From: Eledone cirrhosa
Taxonomy: Eukaryota
Assembly (NCBI GenBank): GCA_964016885.1
Contig: OZ024748.1
Location: 54,002,001 to 54,066,000, forward strand
Reading direction: 5' to 3'
DNA length: 64,000 nt
This document shows positions 26,598 through 39,135 of the stretch, piece after piece. The notes beneath the pieces were generated by a model that worked only from the letters and a program-made list of their open reading frames with translations, did no database searches and was not told the DNA's origin. Every line of letters begins with the position of its first letter. Position 1 is the first letter of the stretch. A program made the position numbers and the translations under genes.

Positions 26598-27358
26598 GGT
26601 GGTGGTGGTGGGGTGACATTGATGGTATTGGTGATGGTGGTGGGGTGACATTGATGGTATTGGTGGTGGTGGTGGGGTGACATTGATGGTATTGGTGGTG
26701 GTGGTGGTGGTGGTGGTGGTGGTGGTGGTGTCATTGATGGTGATGGTATTGGTGGGGGAGGGTTGATATAGGTGGTGGTGGTGGTGACATTGATAGTGAT
26801 GATATTGGTGCTGGTGGTGACGATATTGGTGGTGAGGGTGGATATAGGTGGGGTGTGGTTGGTTGTAGGGGTTTATAAAGGTGGTGGTGGTGGTGATGTC
26901 GATGTTAAACAGATGTGATAACCACTGTATAATGGGGGAGGTTAGTGTTGGGAGTAGTAGTAATGGTGGCAGTGGTAGTGTTGGTGGTGGTGGTAGTAAG
27001 TGGTAGTGTTGGTGATGGTGGTGGTGGTAGTGTTGGTGATGGTGGTGGTGGTGGTGATAATCGTGGCAGTAGTAGTAATGGTGGCAGTGGTAGTGTTGGT
27101 GGTGGTGGTAGTAAGTGGTAGTGTTGGTGATGGTGGTGGTGGTGGTGGTGATAATCGTGGCTGTGGTAGTGTTGGTGATGGTGGTAGTAAGTGGTAGTGT
27201 TGGTGATGGTGGTGGTGGTGGTGATAATCGTGGCAGTGGTAGTGTTGGTGGTAGTAATGGTGGCAGTGGTAGTGATGGTGGTGGTGATAGTGCTGGTGTA
27301 AGTAGAGATAGTGTTGGTGTAGGTAGAGGTACTGGTGGTGTAAGCAGGTGTAGTGGTT

Positions 27359-27394
<36 letters not shown>

Positions 27395-28760
27395 AGGTTG
27401 ATACTGCTAATGTCAAGACAACTATTGTTGGTGATAATTGTTATGTTGCCTTTATAGGTGTTAATGGCGGTGGTTGTGGTGGTGGTGGTGGTGTTGGTGT
27501 TGTTGTTGTTGTTCTGTCAATGGTGGATTGGTATTGTGTCAATGATGGTGTTGGTGTTAATGGTGGTGTTGTTGTTGTTGGTGATAGTGTTAGTATTAAT
27601 GGTGTTGGTGGTGTTGGTGTTGGTGGTGGTGGTGTTGGTGTTGTTGGTATTGGTGGTGGTGGTGTTGGTATTGTTGTTGGTATTGGTGGCGGTGTTGATG
27701 TTGGTGTTGTTGGTGTTGTTGGTGGTGGTGTTGATGTTGATGTTGGTATTGGTGGTGGTGGTGTTGATGTTGGTGTTGTTGGTGGTATTGGTGGTGGTGG
27801 TGTTGATGTTGGTGTTATTGGTGGTGGTGTTGATGTTGATGTTGGTGTTGGTGGTGGTGGTGTTGATGTTGGTGGTGATGGTGTTAGTATTAATGGTGTT
27901 GTTGGTGGTGGTGTTGGTGTTGATGTTGGTGTTGGTATTGGTGGTGGTGGTGGTGATGGTGTTAGTATTAATGGTGTTGGTGGTGGTGTTGACGGTGTAA
28001 TTGGTATTGGTGTGATTGTTGGTGTTACTATTTTGTTAATGATGGTGTTTATAGTGTTATTGATGGTGTCTGTATTGGTGTTGATGGTGTTGATGGTGTT
28101 CCTGTTGCTAGTGATGGTGTTTATGGTGTTGATGGTGGCATTGGTGTTGATGGTGATGGTGTTGATGGTGTTGCTGTTGCTAGTGATGGTGTTGATGGCG
28201 GCATTGGTGTTGCTAGTGATGGTGTTGATGGTGGCATTGGTGTTGGTGTTGATGTTATTAGTGTTGGTGTTATTGGTGGTGGTGCCGGTATTGGTATCAA
28301 AGATGGTGTAGATGTTGTTGTTGTTAATATTGGTGTCAATGTCAGTGAGTCAGTTATGTCTAGACTGTTGTCCACTACTTCTGGGACAGTTGTAGTTGTT
28401 GTTGTTTTTCACGCAATCTGTTGTCGTTCTTGTTGTTGTTGCTGTCACCGTTGTGGTTGTTGTTGCTGCTGCTGCTGCTGTTGTTGTTGTTACTGCTGTT
28501 GTAGTTGTTGTTCTTGATGTTGCTATTGTTGTTGTTGTTGCCGTTGTTGCTGCTGTTGTAGTTGTTGTTGTTCTTGATCTTGATGTTGTTGTTGTTGTTA
28601 TTGTTGCCGTTGTTGTTGTTGTTGTTGTTGTTGTCATCTTTCTTACTGTCGTAGTTCTTGCTGTTGTTGTTACTGTAATTTTTTGTTGTTGCTGTTGTTC
28701 TTGTTGCTGTCATCGTTTTTGCTGTCGAAGTTGTTGTTGTGGTTGTTATTGCTGCTATCT
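26598..28760. repeat. Degenerate GGT/GTT/AGT trinucleotide block
   Basis: Direct reading. Confidence 0.88.
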
Positions 28761-28904
28761 TCAGTAGTCCAGTTTAGGGAAACTAAACCCACCTCTACCT
28801 TTAGTTAGACCTGTGTGTTACCAGGGGTTAAACCCGTTCATCTGTCGGCTTCTCAAATTGGTATGTATGTATGTGTGTGTGCGAGAGAGTGTGTGTGTGA
28901 GTGA

Positions 28905-28935
<31 letters not shown>

Positions 28936-29635
28936 TATGAGTGTGTGCGTTTGAAGTGATCGTCACTGATCTTACAAAGTCTCATGTGTGTATGTATGTG
29001 TGAATGTGTGTGTATGAGAGTGAGTGTGTGTATGTGATAGTCTGTATGTGTGCATGTTCATGAGTGTCTGTGTATACAAGTGTGTGTGTGTGTGTGTGTG
29101 TGTGGAGAAAACGACACACACAGACACCACAAAAACTACATACACGAGCACATCATACACACACCATCGCACCATACACACGTCATATACTCACACACTA
29201 CTACACATCGTACACACACCATTCACACATTATATACACACACACTACTATATATACACACACACACCATGCACACACCATACACACATCATATACACAC
29301 ACACACACTACTACACATCACACATACACCATGCACACATCATACACACACACACTACACCATACATCGATGTAATATAAACATTAAATTCAAAATCTTT
29401 AAAAAATCCCATCAAAATATCCCCAAAATATAAACAACACAGATTTATGTAAAAGTTTTAATCTATTTTCATTATTCTTGCTTTTCTTCTTTTTTTCATA
29501 ATTTCTTCTTCTTATTCGTATTTTCATCATCATCATCGTCATCATCATCATCATCATCATCATCGCCATCACCATCGTCGTCATTACCATCATCATCACC
29601 ATCATCACCATCATCACCATCATCACCATCATCAT

Positions 29636-30620
29636 CTACACCACACCACACTACACCACACCACACTATACTACACCACACTACACTACACCACACCACA
29701 CTACACTACACCACACCACACTATACCACATCACACTACACTACAATACACCATACCACACTACACTACACCATACTACACTACACTACACCACACCACA
29801 CCATCATACCACACCACACCACACTACACTACACCAACCACACCATACCACACCATACCACACTACACTACACCACACCACAGCACACCACACTACACCA
29901 CACCACACCATACCATACTGTATCACACCACACTACACCATACCATACCACACTACACTACACTACATCATACCATGCCAAACCACACTACACCATACCA
30001 CACCACACCACACCATACCACACCACACTACTCTACACTACACAACACCACACCACACTACACTATACCACACCATACCACATCACACTACACCACACTT
30101 CACCATAACACACCACATCATTCCACACTACACTATACCATACTACACCACACTTCACTACACCCTGCACACCACACCACACTATACTACACTACACTTC
30201 ACCACACCACACTATACTTCACCATACCACACTACACCACACCACACTACACCACACCACACCACACTACACCACAACACACTACACTACACTTCACCAC
30301 GCTACACTATACTATACTATACTATACCATACACCACACTACACTTCACATACTACCAGACCACCAAACCATCATACCATTGCTACCACTGGTAATAGTT
30401 TTCAGACAAAACCATCAACCATCAAACCACCATACCACCAGACCATCACACCATCAAACCACCATACCACCAGACCATCACACCACCAGACCACCAGACC
30501 ACCATACCATTTACCATTATACCAGCAGAACACCATACCACTAGAACACCACACCACCACACCACCAGACCACCACACCATTATAGCACCAAATCACCAT
30601 ACCATCATACCATTGCTACC
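29636..30620. repeat. (CACYA)n pentanucleotide satellite decaying into caccagac units
   Basis: cacca/cacta/tacca iterations. Confidence 0.9.
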
Positions 30621-30914
30621 ACTGACAATAGTTTACAGAACATCTCCCTTTGACCCTCTGATTTTCGCACCATGTCAGAATTTGGCCTTTGCAGGCCTCA
30701 TTCTCCAACAGTTTATATTGAAAATCTGAAAACATTTACAGAGCTAAAGATTGCTACATGATCAACAAAGGTTTAATGCCGGGGGGGGGGGGGGGGGACT
30801 GCCTGGGTGAGGAGTGGGGCTTGATGTTGGGATGGGTGGGGGCTTGAAGGTGGGGTGGGTGGGGCGAAATAAGGTCTGTACGTTAAGGAAGATGTGAAGG
30901 GATTGGATGGTTGT

Positions 30915-30945
<31 letters not shown>

Positions 30946-30974
30946 GACACATTCATTGGTTTAATCACTTTTGC

Positions 30975-31595
30975 CACTACCACCACCACCAGTACTACTA
31001 CCACCACCACAGCCAGTACCACTACTACCACCCCCATCACCACAACAACCAGTACTTCTACCACCACCACCCGTACCACTACTACTACCACCACCACCAC
31101 CACCAGTCCCACTACCACCACTACCATAACCACCAGTACCACTACCATAACCACCACTACCATCACCACAACCACTACTACCACCACCACCCGTACCACT
31201 ACTACCACCACCACCACCACAAGCAGTACTACTACAACTACTACCGCAGCCACTACCACCACCATCACTACCACCCCAGCCAGTACCACTACTACTACCA
31301 CCACTACCACCCCAGCCAGTACCACTACTACTACCACCACTACCACCACCACCACCACCAGTCCCACTACCACCACTACCATCACCACAACCACTACCAC
31401 CACCACCCGTACCACTACTACCACCACCACCAGTACTACCACCACCACCACCACAAGCAGTACTACTACAACTACCACCACAGCCACTACCACCACCATC
31501 ACTACCACCCCAGCCAGTACCACTACTACTACTACCACCACCACCAGTACTATTACCACCACTACCACCACCACTACCACCACCACCACCACCAG
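30975..31595. repeat. ACC/ACT tract with internal ~240-bp duplication
   Basis: acaagcagtactactacaacta occurs twice (about 31218 and 31453). Confidence 0.85.
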
Positions 31596-31751
31596 TCGTC
31601 AATAAGCAGCCATGATATACATATGACATTTGCAGTTGGCCCTTGCTTCTTGAACTCATATCCATGTCAATATTGATGTAAAAGACAATAACAGTCGCCT
31701 CTCTGCCTGCCTGTCTGTCTGCCTGTCTGTGTGTCTGTCTGCCTGTCTGTG

Positions 31752-31790
<39 letters not shown>

Positions 31791-32029
31791 ATGTATGTAT
31801 GTATGTATGTATGTATGTATGTATGTATGTATGTATATCTGTCTGTCTCTTTGTCTGACTGTATGTATGACTGTCTGTCTGTCAGCCTGTATGTATGTCT
31901 GTCTGTCTGTGTGCCTGTTTGTCAGTCTGTATGTCTGACTCTATATCTGTCTGTCTGTTTGCCTGTTTGTATGCCTGACTATATGTATGACTCTCTGCCT
32001 ATCTGACTGTATGTATGTATGTATGTATG

Positions 32030-32616
32030 TCTGCTACTGGTAACATGTATCCCAGTACAACCTGTCCCATGGTCGGGACGTTGGCGACTAAACTGGCAAC
32101 CTCACCAAGGTTTCTTGGTGAGGAGGGTGACTTTGGACATCCTGCAGGACTAAAAACAAAACCTGGCAAAGGAGCTCTTAAGAGTCAATGGCCATCCAAA
32201 CTCACCGGGAGAGATGACCCCCTTAGCCTTTGACAAGGCAGAATTCTAGGAGAAGGAAAACTCTGATATAACACCTGCAACCCTGATGGTATCCAATGAT
32301 GTTGACTTGTTCTTCTTTTTCGTAAATATCATCTTGGTTAAGAGAGTGGGACTGGCTTTGTGCAGTGCCTTTGCTCACTATAAAAGCTTCATGGCACAGG
32401 CATTGCTTTATATCTGGAGATCTCTCTGCACTTGTCGTCACATGGTACCATGGGCCCAGCACTGTGTCAATAATTGTCACAAGTGTAGTGTTTGTACCAG
32501 AGTTTTCAAGTCGCTGGCTGGACTAAAAAGTCACAGTCGTTCAGCGCATCGGTAGGGGTTCTCCTACATGGATATAAAGTAGTGGCCGTACTCAAAAACG
32601 AGTTGGCAGCCACCAT
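32030..32616 (+). mobile_element. Internally deleted RTE-clade retroelement within (ATGT)n
   Basis: 3' part encodes CSVCTRVFKSLAGLKSHSRSAHR* (terminal C2H2 finger seen at RTE ORF ends), short 3' UTR, (ATGT)n tail; 5' part has RTE-like ggcgactaaactggcaacc. Confidence 0.7.
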
Positions 32617-32754
32617 GTATGTATGTATGTATGTATGTATGTATGTATGTATGTATGTATGTATGTATGTATGTATGGGTAATTAGGGAATTCAAAGCAA
32701 TGAAAAACAATTCACTCTCCCCTCTCACTCTCTCCCTCACTCTCCCCTCCCTCC

Positions 32755-32790
<36 letters not shown>

Positions 32791-33397
32791 TTGATATAGA
32801 AATGTCTTCTACGGGACTAGAACTGTTTCGTTCGGGAGAAATCATATATATATATATATATGTGTGTGTGTACGCGCGCACACACACATTTATATATATA
32901 TAAAATACACACGCAGACACATACGCACGCGCGCGCACACATATATGCACACACCCACACACACACACATATATATATACACTCACAAACACATGTATAC
33001 ATGAGATATTGTGAAAGAAATAGTGTGAAAAATGTGTGAAATTTGCCCACACTATTCAGCGTGAGATAAGGTGTACCAGAATAGAGTCTGGTAATTTCCC
33101 ATGTTTACAATCTTACTGTTTTATACTTGTATACTTGTGGTTACTTCTATTGTCTGTTGGTTTGTTATTATTTTGTTATGGCCATTGGTGTGTATGTGTA
33201 CGTGCGTGTGAGAGAGAGAGAGAGTGAGAGTATTATTACTATTACGTCACGTAAAAACTCTAGCAATCAACTAGAATCAATTACAAATGTGTATGTGTTT
33301 ATATATTGTATGTATGTGTTTATGTTGTCTTTATACTTTCACTCGTGTAGGACACCTCGGTTATTTTTCATTTTGTAAAAAGAAACCTCACTTTCTA

Positions 33398-33452
<55 letters not shown>

Positions 33453-33454
<2 letters not shown>

Positions 33455-33562
33455 CGAAGGAAATGTGGTAAGGAACCAGGTGGACCATAACGCACCAAAA
33501 TCCTCAATACTTAGGGTAGTAGAGTAGGTAGGAGCCCCGGGGTCCTACTCGGCCTACTTGTT

Positions 33563-33566
<4 letters not shown>
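33453..33566 (-). mobile_element. Hairpin-tail family C, collapsed hairpin
   Basis: Full tail aacgaaggaaatgtggtaaggaaccag..., residual taggagccccggggtccta; (TA)n flanks. Confidence 0.85.
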
Positions 33567-33612
<46 letters not shown>

Positions 33613-33615
<3 letters not shown>

Positions 33616-34023
33616 ATGATATTAATAAATGGAAACTATCTTTATAAAACCATATTTATTCTATTATATATATTTTAAGCGTACCAAAACTTTGGTACGC
33701 TCTCATCAGATAAAATACAAAATTTGTTTTATAAATAGTGACATACCCAAGAATCAGACCTTAAAGGTTCAGGTTAACAGAACCTGAACGGTTAAAGTCT
33801 GATTCCTTACTATTTATAAAAATAATTTTGTATTTTATCTGATGAGAGCGTACCAAAGTTTTCGTACCCTTGAAATATATATAATAGAATAAATATGGTT
33901 TTATAAATATAGTTTCCATTTATTAATATCATTGATATTATACTCCAGAAAACTTGTCGAGTGCTTCGAATCTGTTATAAATATATTTGTTGAATTACCA
34001 TCAAATTAAATATCTCTTCGCTT
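33613..34023 (+). mobile_element. Hairpin-tail family D, complete copy (~160-bp arms, hammerhead on each arm)
   Basis: Hairpin 33613-33937 centred on ggttcaggttaacagaacctgaac; tail to 34023; (TA)n flanks. Confidence 0.92.
33831..33891 (+). ncRNA. Type I hammerhead ribozyme (family D)
   Basis: tattttat-CTGATGA-gagcgtac(caaagttttc)gtaccctt-GAAA-tatata-TA-atagaata; the mirror copy at about 33657-33717 (-) has GAAA changed to AAAA. Confidence 0.8.
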
Positions 34024-34033
34024 ATATATATAT

Positions 34034-34192
34034 AATCAGAATGGAGGCGATAAAAACCAGTTAGACCATTACTCACCACATTACTCGATACTTGGTGTAG
34101 TAGAGTGGGTAATATTAAACATTCAGGACCCCATCGGCTGAAATCGGATCTAGCTTTTAACGGCCGGAGCTCGGGGTCATGAATTTTTCGTA
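34034..34192 (-). mobile_element. Hairpin-tail family C subfamily 2, diverged
   Basis: gtagtagagtgggtaata..attcaggacccc...gatctagct...acggccggagctc matches 49683-49866. Confidence 0.75.
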
Positions 34193-34252
34193 TGTATATA
34201 TATATATGCGCGCGCGCGCGTGTGTGTGTATGTATGCGTGTGTGTGTGTATT

Positions 34253-34436
34253 ATAAAGAATCGGGACCCGACGGCTCAGTTCTTGTTCCATCAGCTAATT
34301 TCAGATACTTGAACTTGCTGTTGAAACGGCAAGAGCTCAGCTGTCCTGATTTTTTATAATATAGCCATATTCAATTACCTCAAGTATTGAGTACGCAGTT
34401 GAGAGATGGTCTAATTTTAAACTGGTTCTATCCTGA
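34253..34436 (+). mobile_element. Hairpin-tail family C, old diverged copy
   Basis: gacccgacggctcag...gctgttgaaacggcaagagctcagc...aagtattgagtac. Confidence 0.65.
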
Positions 34437-34454
34437 TATATATATATTGATATA

Positions 34455-34520
<66 letters not shown>

Positions 34521-34969
34521 TGATATATATATAATTCCTTGCCGGAATTAACACGCGACAGCTATAGATACGATACGCCGCAGGGGAGCAGCAAAATATA
34601 GCTTATCATTTCGGTTCTAGGTAGAACGAAAAACCTGTTGAAAAACTGAATCCTCCGTTCGATCATGAATACCACGAGCTTGCCAGTCGTATAAGTCTGA
34701 TATTTGATTTCGGATTCAAAGAAACACTTTAAACGATTGATCGTTTGATTTGTCCAGGTGTATTTTTCTCAACCTGATTAGTTCTATCGTTACTTTGGTA
34801 TATATTGTGTGTTAGATTCGCCTACCACAATGTTCGATTTGTCAAGCTATTTAAACGTATGTTATTACTCTAAGGCCCTACCTTATCGAGTGCTTTGCTA
34901 ACTCATCATTTCATATAAGTAGGCCGAATTTACTTGCAAACCGCCAGAGATTCGATTTTACTAATTTCC

Positions 34970-35038
<69 letters not shown>

Positions 35039-35349
35039 TTTATCCCGGGTTCAAAATCCATTCGAAGTCGATAAAAAGAAAGTTTCAGTCAAATACTGAG
35101 GATGATTCTTCCTCGGTATTTCTTTCTTTCTTCAATTCTCTCCATCCTTCTCTGGAAGAAATCTGCTGTATTCAGACTTTGAGAGGAGATGCCCGAGAAA
35201 CGCCATATGTGAAGACACCGCCCCTACGACCTCCTCAGGCGTTACGGAACCATGCATAATGTATGCATGTGTGTATATGTATATATATATATATGTGTGT
35301 GTGTGTATGTATGCATGTATATTTGTATGTATGTATATTTGTGTGTATG

Positions 35350-35419
<70 letters not shown>

Positions 35420-36186
35420 TAAATGTGATAGAGATACAGTGACGGAATGAATGTGTCGTCTGCAGTTGTTATTCAATCAATATATATCCAGGCGATATTG
35501 TGAGAACCGTAATTTTGGAGGTAGGTTTTTTCTTCTTTTTTTACAATCGCCATTGATAAATAATTCAGTGACATGCAGAAGAGATTCTTTTTAGTTTGTT
35601 TTGTTTTGTTTTGGGGTTTTTTTTTCCGCTGACCACCAATAATCGAACTATTTCCCCCACCACCACCACCACCGACAGACACACACCACCATCGTCACCT
35701 CCACCACTCACTGGATAGTTGAGAATTAGGTGAGTGTTACGTGTACATAACATTCTATGGACGGGGGTTGAATAAAATGAATGAAGATTGGAGAGCAGAC
35801 GACACCGTGTGTGTATGTGTGTGCTGTGTGAGTGTAGGTAACATTCTGTGAACTGGTGTATAGACGGGGGTTGAATAATATGAGTAAAAATTGGTGAGAA
35901 GACGACACTCTCTGTGTGCGTGAGTGTGTGTTGTATGTGAGTGTGTGTGTGAGAATGTTATGCTATATATGTGTGTAGTGTAGTGTGTATGTGGAAAAAT
36001 GTGAAAGTGTGTGTGTGTGAATTGGTGTATATATGTGGATGCATTTGTGTGCGTATATTTGTGTGTATGTGTGCATATATATATAGAGTATATCCTGTAC
36101 CTCGGGCCATAGAAGAATATATTAAGATATATATATATAACTTTAAGGCAAAACATTCAAATTACAAGAAAGCAAAGGTATGAATG

Positions 36187-36224
<38 letters not shown>

Positions 36225-36276
36225 ATAAGAATCAGTGGTGCGACGAATAAGATTTATTAGACATATTACAATCGTT

Positions 36277-36308
<32 letters not shown>

Positions 36309-36492
36309 GAGAGAGAGAGATAGAGATGTATATAAATTGATGGTAACCATTTACGCGTGTTGTATCGGGGTAAATAACTTTGTGTCTACTCTGGGATTTA
36401 TACATAACCTTTCCTATTGAGTACGCTGAGATGCAACCAGTACTAGCAGAGAAACCTGATGCTAGTTCCATTAACCTCTTACTATTATCATA

Positions 36493-36683
36493 GGTGAACT
36501 GGCAGTATCAGTAGAGAGTCGGACGCCATGCTTTCCAGCGCAGAATTACGTCCCTTTACGGACTGAGTTCAAATCCCACCGAGGTTAACTTTGCCTTTCA
36601 TCCTTACGGGGTCGATAAAGTAAAGTACCAGTAATGCACTGGATAATTACTGGCCTTGTGCCAAAAGTAGAAACAATTATTAT
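36493..36683 (+). mobile_element. SINE family A
   Basis: A/B boxes, core and ATT tail as at 16417. Confidence 0.92.
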
Positions 36684-36940
36684 CGTATATATATATATAT
36701 GTGTGTGTGTGTGTGCGTGTGTCTATGTATGTGTATATATGTAGCTATATAAATAGATAGATAAATAGATATAAAGTGGCACTTGAAGTTAGGTGGTAAA
36801 ATATAGCTAAATTCTTGCGAAGTCGCGATCAGGCATGTCAAGTGGAATGGTTTTATTGAAGATCTACTAAGGTTTTATTGCTTATATATATATATATATA
36901 TTATGTAATATATATATATATTACATTATATATATATATA

Positions 36941-37150
36941 TATTATGTAATAAATAACACGATATAATTAATCTGACAGAAACGTCTGATATGGTTCATA
37001 CAGGATGAACCATATCAGACGCCTCTGTTAGAATCGTCTGACTTCGTGAAACCTTGGGTAATGGAATAATTATATTGTGTTGTTTATTACATAATAAAAT
37101 AGCTCTGTACTATACATCTTCTTTCCTTTACCTTTTCCATGGAAACACTT
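36941..37150 (+). mobile_element. Hairpin-tail element (singleton)
   Basis: Outer arms tattatgtaataaataacac/gtgttgtttattacataata; inner hairpin cgtctgatatggttcat-acagg-atgaaccatatcagacg; GAAA-ccttggg-TA on the right arm only. Confidence 0.75.
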
Positions 37151-37180
37151 AACATATACACACATACATATACATACATA

Positions 37181-37227
<47 letters not shown>

Positions 37228-37269
37228 GTACATGTATAATTATATATATATATATATATGTGTGTGTGT

Positions 37270-37438
37270 ATGTGACAGGTCACACCTATGGAGGTCTAGC
37301 TGACCTCCTCCAAGGTATATCTCATTGGAGGTGTCTGCGGTGATTTAATGATAGGGACCCCAGTCCTATCATCTCATTTCTACAGCTGAGTAAACTGGAG
37401 CAACGTGAAATAAAGTGTCTTGCTTCAGGAAACTACAC

Positions 37439-37440
<2 letters not shown>
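37270..37440 (-). mobile_element. SINE family B body
   Basis: ctcatttctacagctgagtaaactggagcaacgtgaaataaagtgtcttgct. Confidence 0.75.
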
Positions 37441-37511
<71 letters not shown>

Positions 37512-37515
<4 letters not shown>

Positions 37516-37707
37516 GTGGAACACTGGAAGGTAATATCCGTAGTGGTAGAGCACTCAGTCCAAGGGACGAGTTAGAAGTGGTTACACAACAGTTAGTTCA
37601 CCATACCGAGAACAATTGTTTCACCTTAGCGGATCCTCAGCTCGGATCCGCTAAGGTAAAACAAATGTTCTCGGTATGGTGAACTAACTGTTGTGTAACC
37701 ACTTCTA
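37512..37707 (-). mobile_element. Hairpin-tail element (singleton)
   Basis: Hairpin 37573-37707 (~64-bp arms, loop tcagctc), tail 37512-37572, (TA)n flanks; minus strand GAAA-caattg-TT at 37611-37622. Confidence 0.9.
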
Positions 37708-37789
37708 TATATATATAGTGACATTACTCAATAGAGTGCATAGCTCAGAGACTCGCTCCAGGTAGAGCCTCTACTTCTCTGCATTGGTA

Positions 37790-38055
37790 GATCACAGCTC
37801 CGATACTACGGACATGTGGTTAGAATGTCTCAGGAAAGAATCGCTGAACAGATTTTACTGGCAAAATCGATCGGCGAGAGACCCAAAGGTTGACCTCAAG
37901 CAAGATAGTTGGATAATATCGATAAACTCGGTTGGTCTCGCTTGGGGATCCAGCTGGATCAATTGGTGACGGCAGCTTTTGACGTGACCCGCTGGAAGAC
38001 GTGCTTCAGGTCTCTGCCCACATGACCTTCCCAGGCATAACTGGGCGAAGAAGAA
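37790..38055 (+). mobile_element. RTE LINE 3' fragment
   Basis: Decayed frame RPKG*PQAR*LDNIDKLGWSRLGI...RWKTC; paralog at about 50455-50635. Confidence 0.65.
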
Positions 38056-38157
38056 AGATATGTATACTTACAGAGAGAGAGAGAGGAGGAGGAGAAAGAG
38101 AGAGTTATGTGTGTGATTGAGAGTGAGAAAGCAAGAGTGTGTGAGTTAGAGAACAGC

Positions 38158-38219
<62 letters not shown>

Positions 38220-38609
38220 TGTGTGAAGAAAAGACAGGGGGAGAGAAAGAAATGTTCTCATACCTATGTAGGGTTTAGCTGACTTCCTACGAGTGTGCAA
38301 CTCAAAGGATCTTTCTTGTTTTTGTACATGATAGGGGCCCCAGTGCTTAACATGCAAAGCAACGTAAATTGGAATGTGTTACGCAGGAATGAAACGTCTC
38401 ATTCGATTCAAGAATCGAACACACGACCACATATTTGATCGTTTGTCTAGCACCCTGATCCCTAGGCCAGGCCTCTTTATTATTGGTGCACTCTGTTATC
38501 ACGACCCACACCAAGTGGTTTAAGTGTTGGCGGCGGTAGCGGGGGCCATGGTGTTGGTGGAGGTAGTAGTAGTGACGGTGATAGGTAGGTAGATAGGTAG
38601 ATAGATAGA

Positions 38610-39135
38610 TATCGTTCTTTATTTGCCACAGGGGCGTACAAAAATGCGACATTACAAGACATCACGGCGGGGGTTTTACATAAAAATCATGACTTTAACA
38701 TTAATAAATAACAATAAACTATATATAATAAAATAACAATTGAAATCCCCAATAGTGGGGAATGTTACTGCAGGGTTGTTTTACACCCCGTCGATAGAAC
38801 AACCCTCAACACCAGGAACACGTTTTGTAGGTGTTCCCGTCTTCCCTCTGTTTATCTTCCTCAACCTACAGGTTTATATACAGAGAAGGCCCATTCACTC
38901 GGACCATTTTCGCCACATTCACCCACCTTTCAGCGAATCTACTGGGGTGTAGCACCTCTCTCTCCACTCTCACCTTCCTTCTGAAGTCGTACTTAAAGAA
39001 GGGGATGAGTTGTTGTCCGGAGAGAAAGGTGTTTGCCCTCAGTCCTTTTAACCTCGTCCACCATATTACCTCTTTCGCCATAGCCATCAGACTAATTTGT
39101 GGTCTGAATAGGCAACCATGTGCATTTGTGGACAG
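38610..39135 (-). mobile_element. 5'-truncated Tx1/L1-type LINE 3' end inserted in a (GATA)/(GGTA) tract
   Basis: ORF end MAMAKEVIWWTRLKG...FAERW resembles the Tx1 ORF2 C-terminus; aataaa just before the tetranucleotide repeat; same repeat on both sides. Confidence 0.7.

Noticed and set aside
24894-27416. 840/580/550-aa minus-strand ORFs
   Set aside because: All three frames give the same peptide because a stop-free 22-bp unit cycles through the frames
28765-28860. Candidate exon bounded by cag and gtatgt
   Set aside because: The longest apparent frame hits a stop near 28805 and the donor lies in a GTAT repeat
32470-32555. Host C2H2 zinc-finger gene exon
   Set aside because: Single finger followed by a stop, short UTR and ATGT tail; fits a retroelement ORF end
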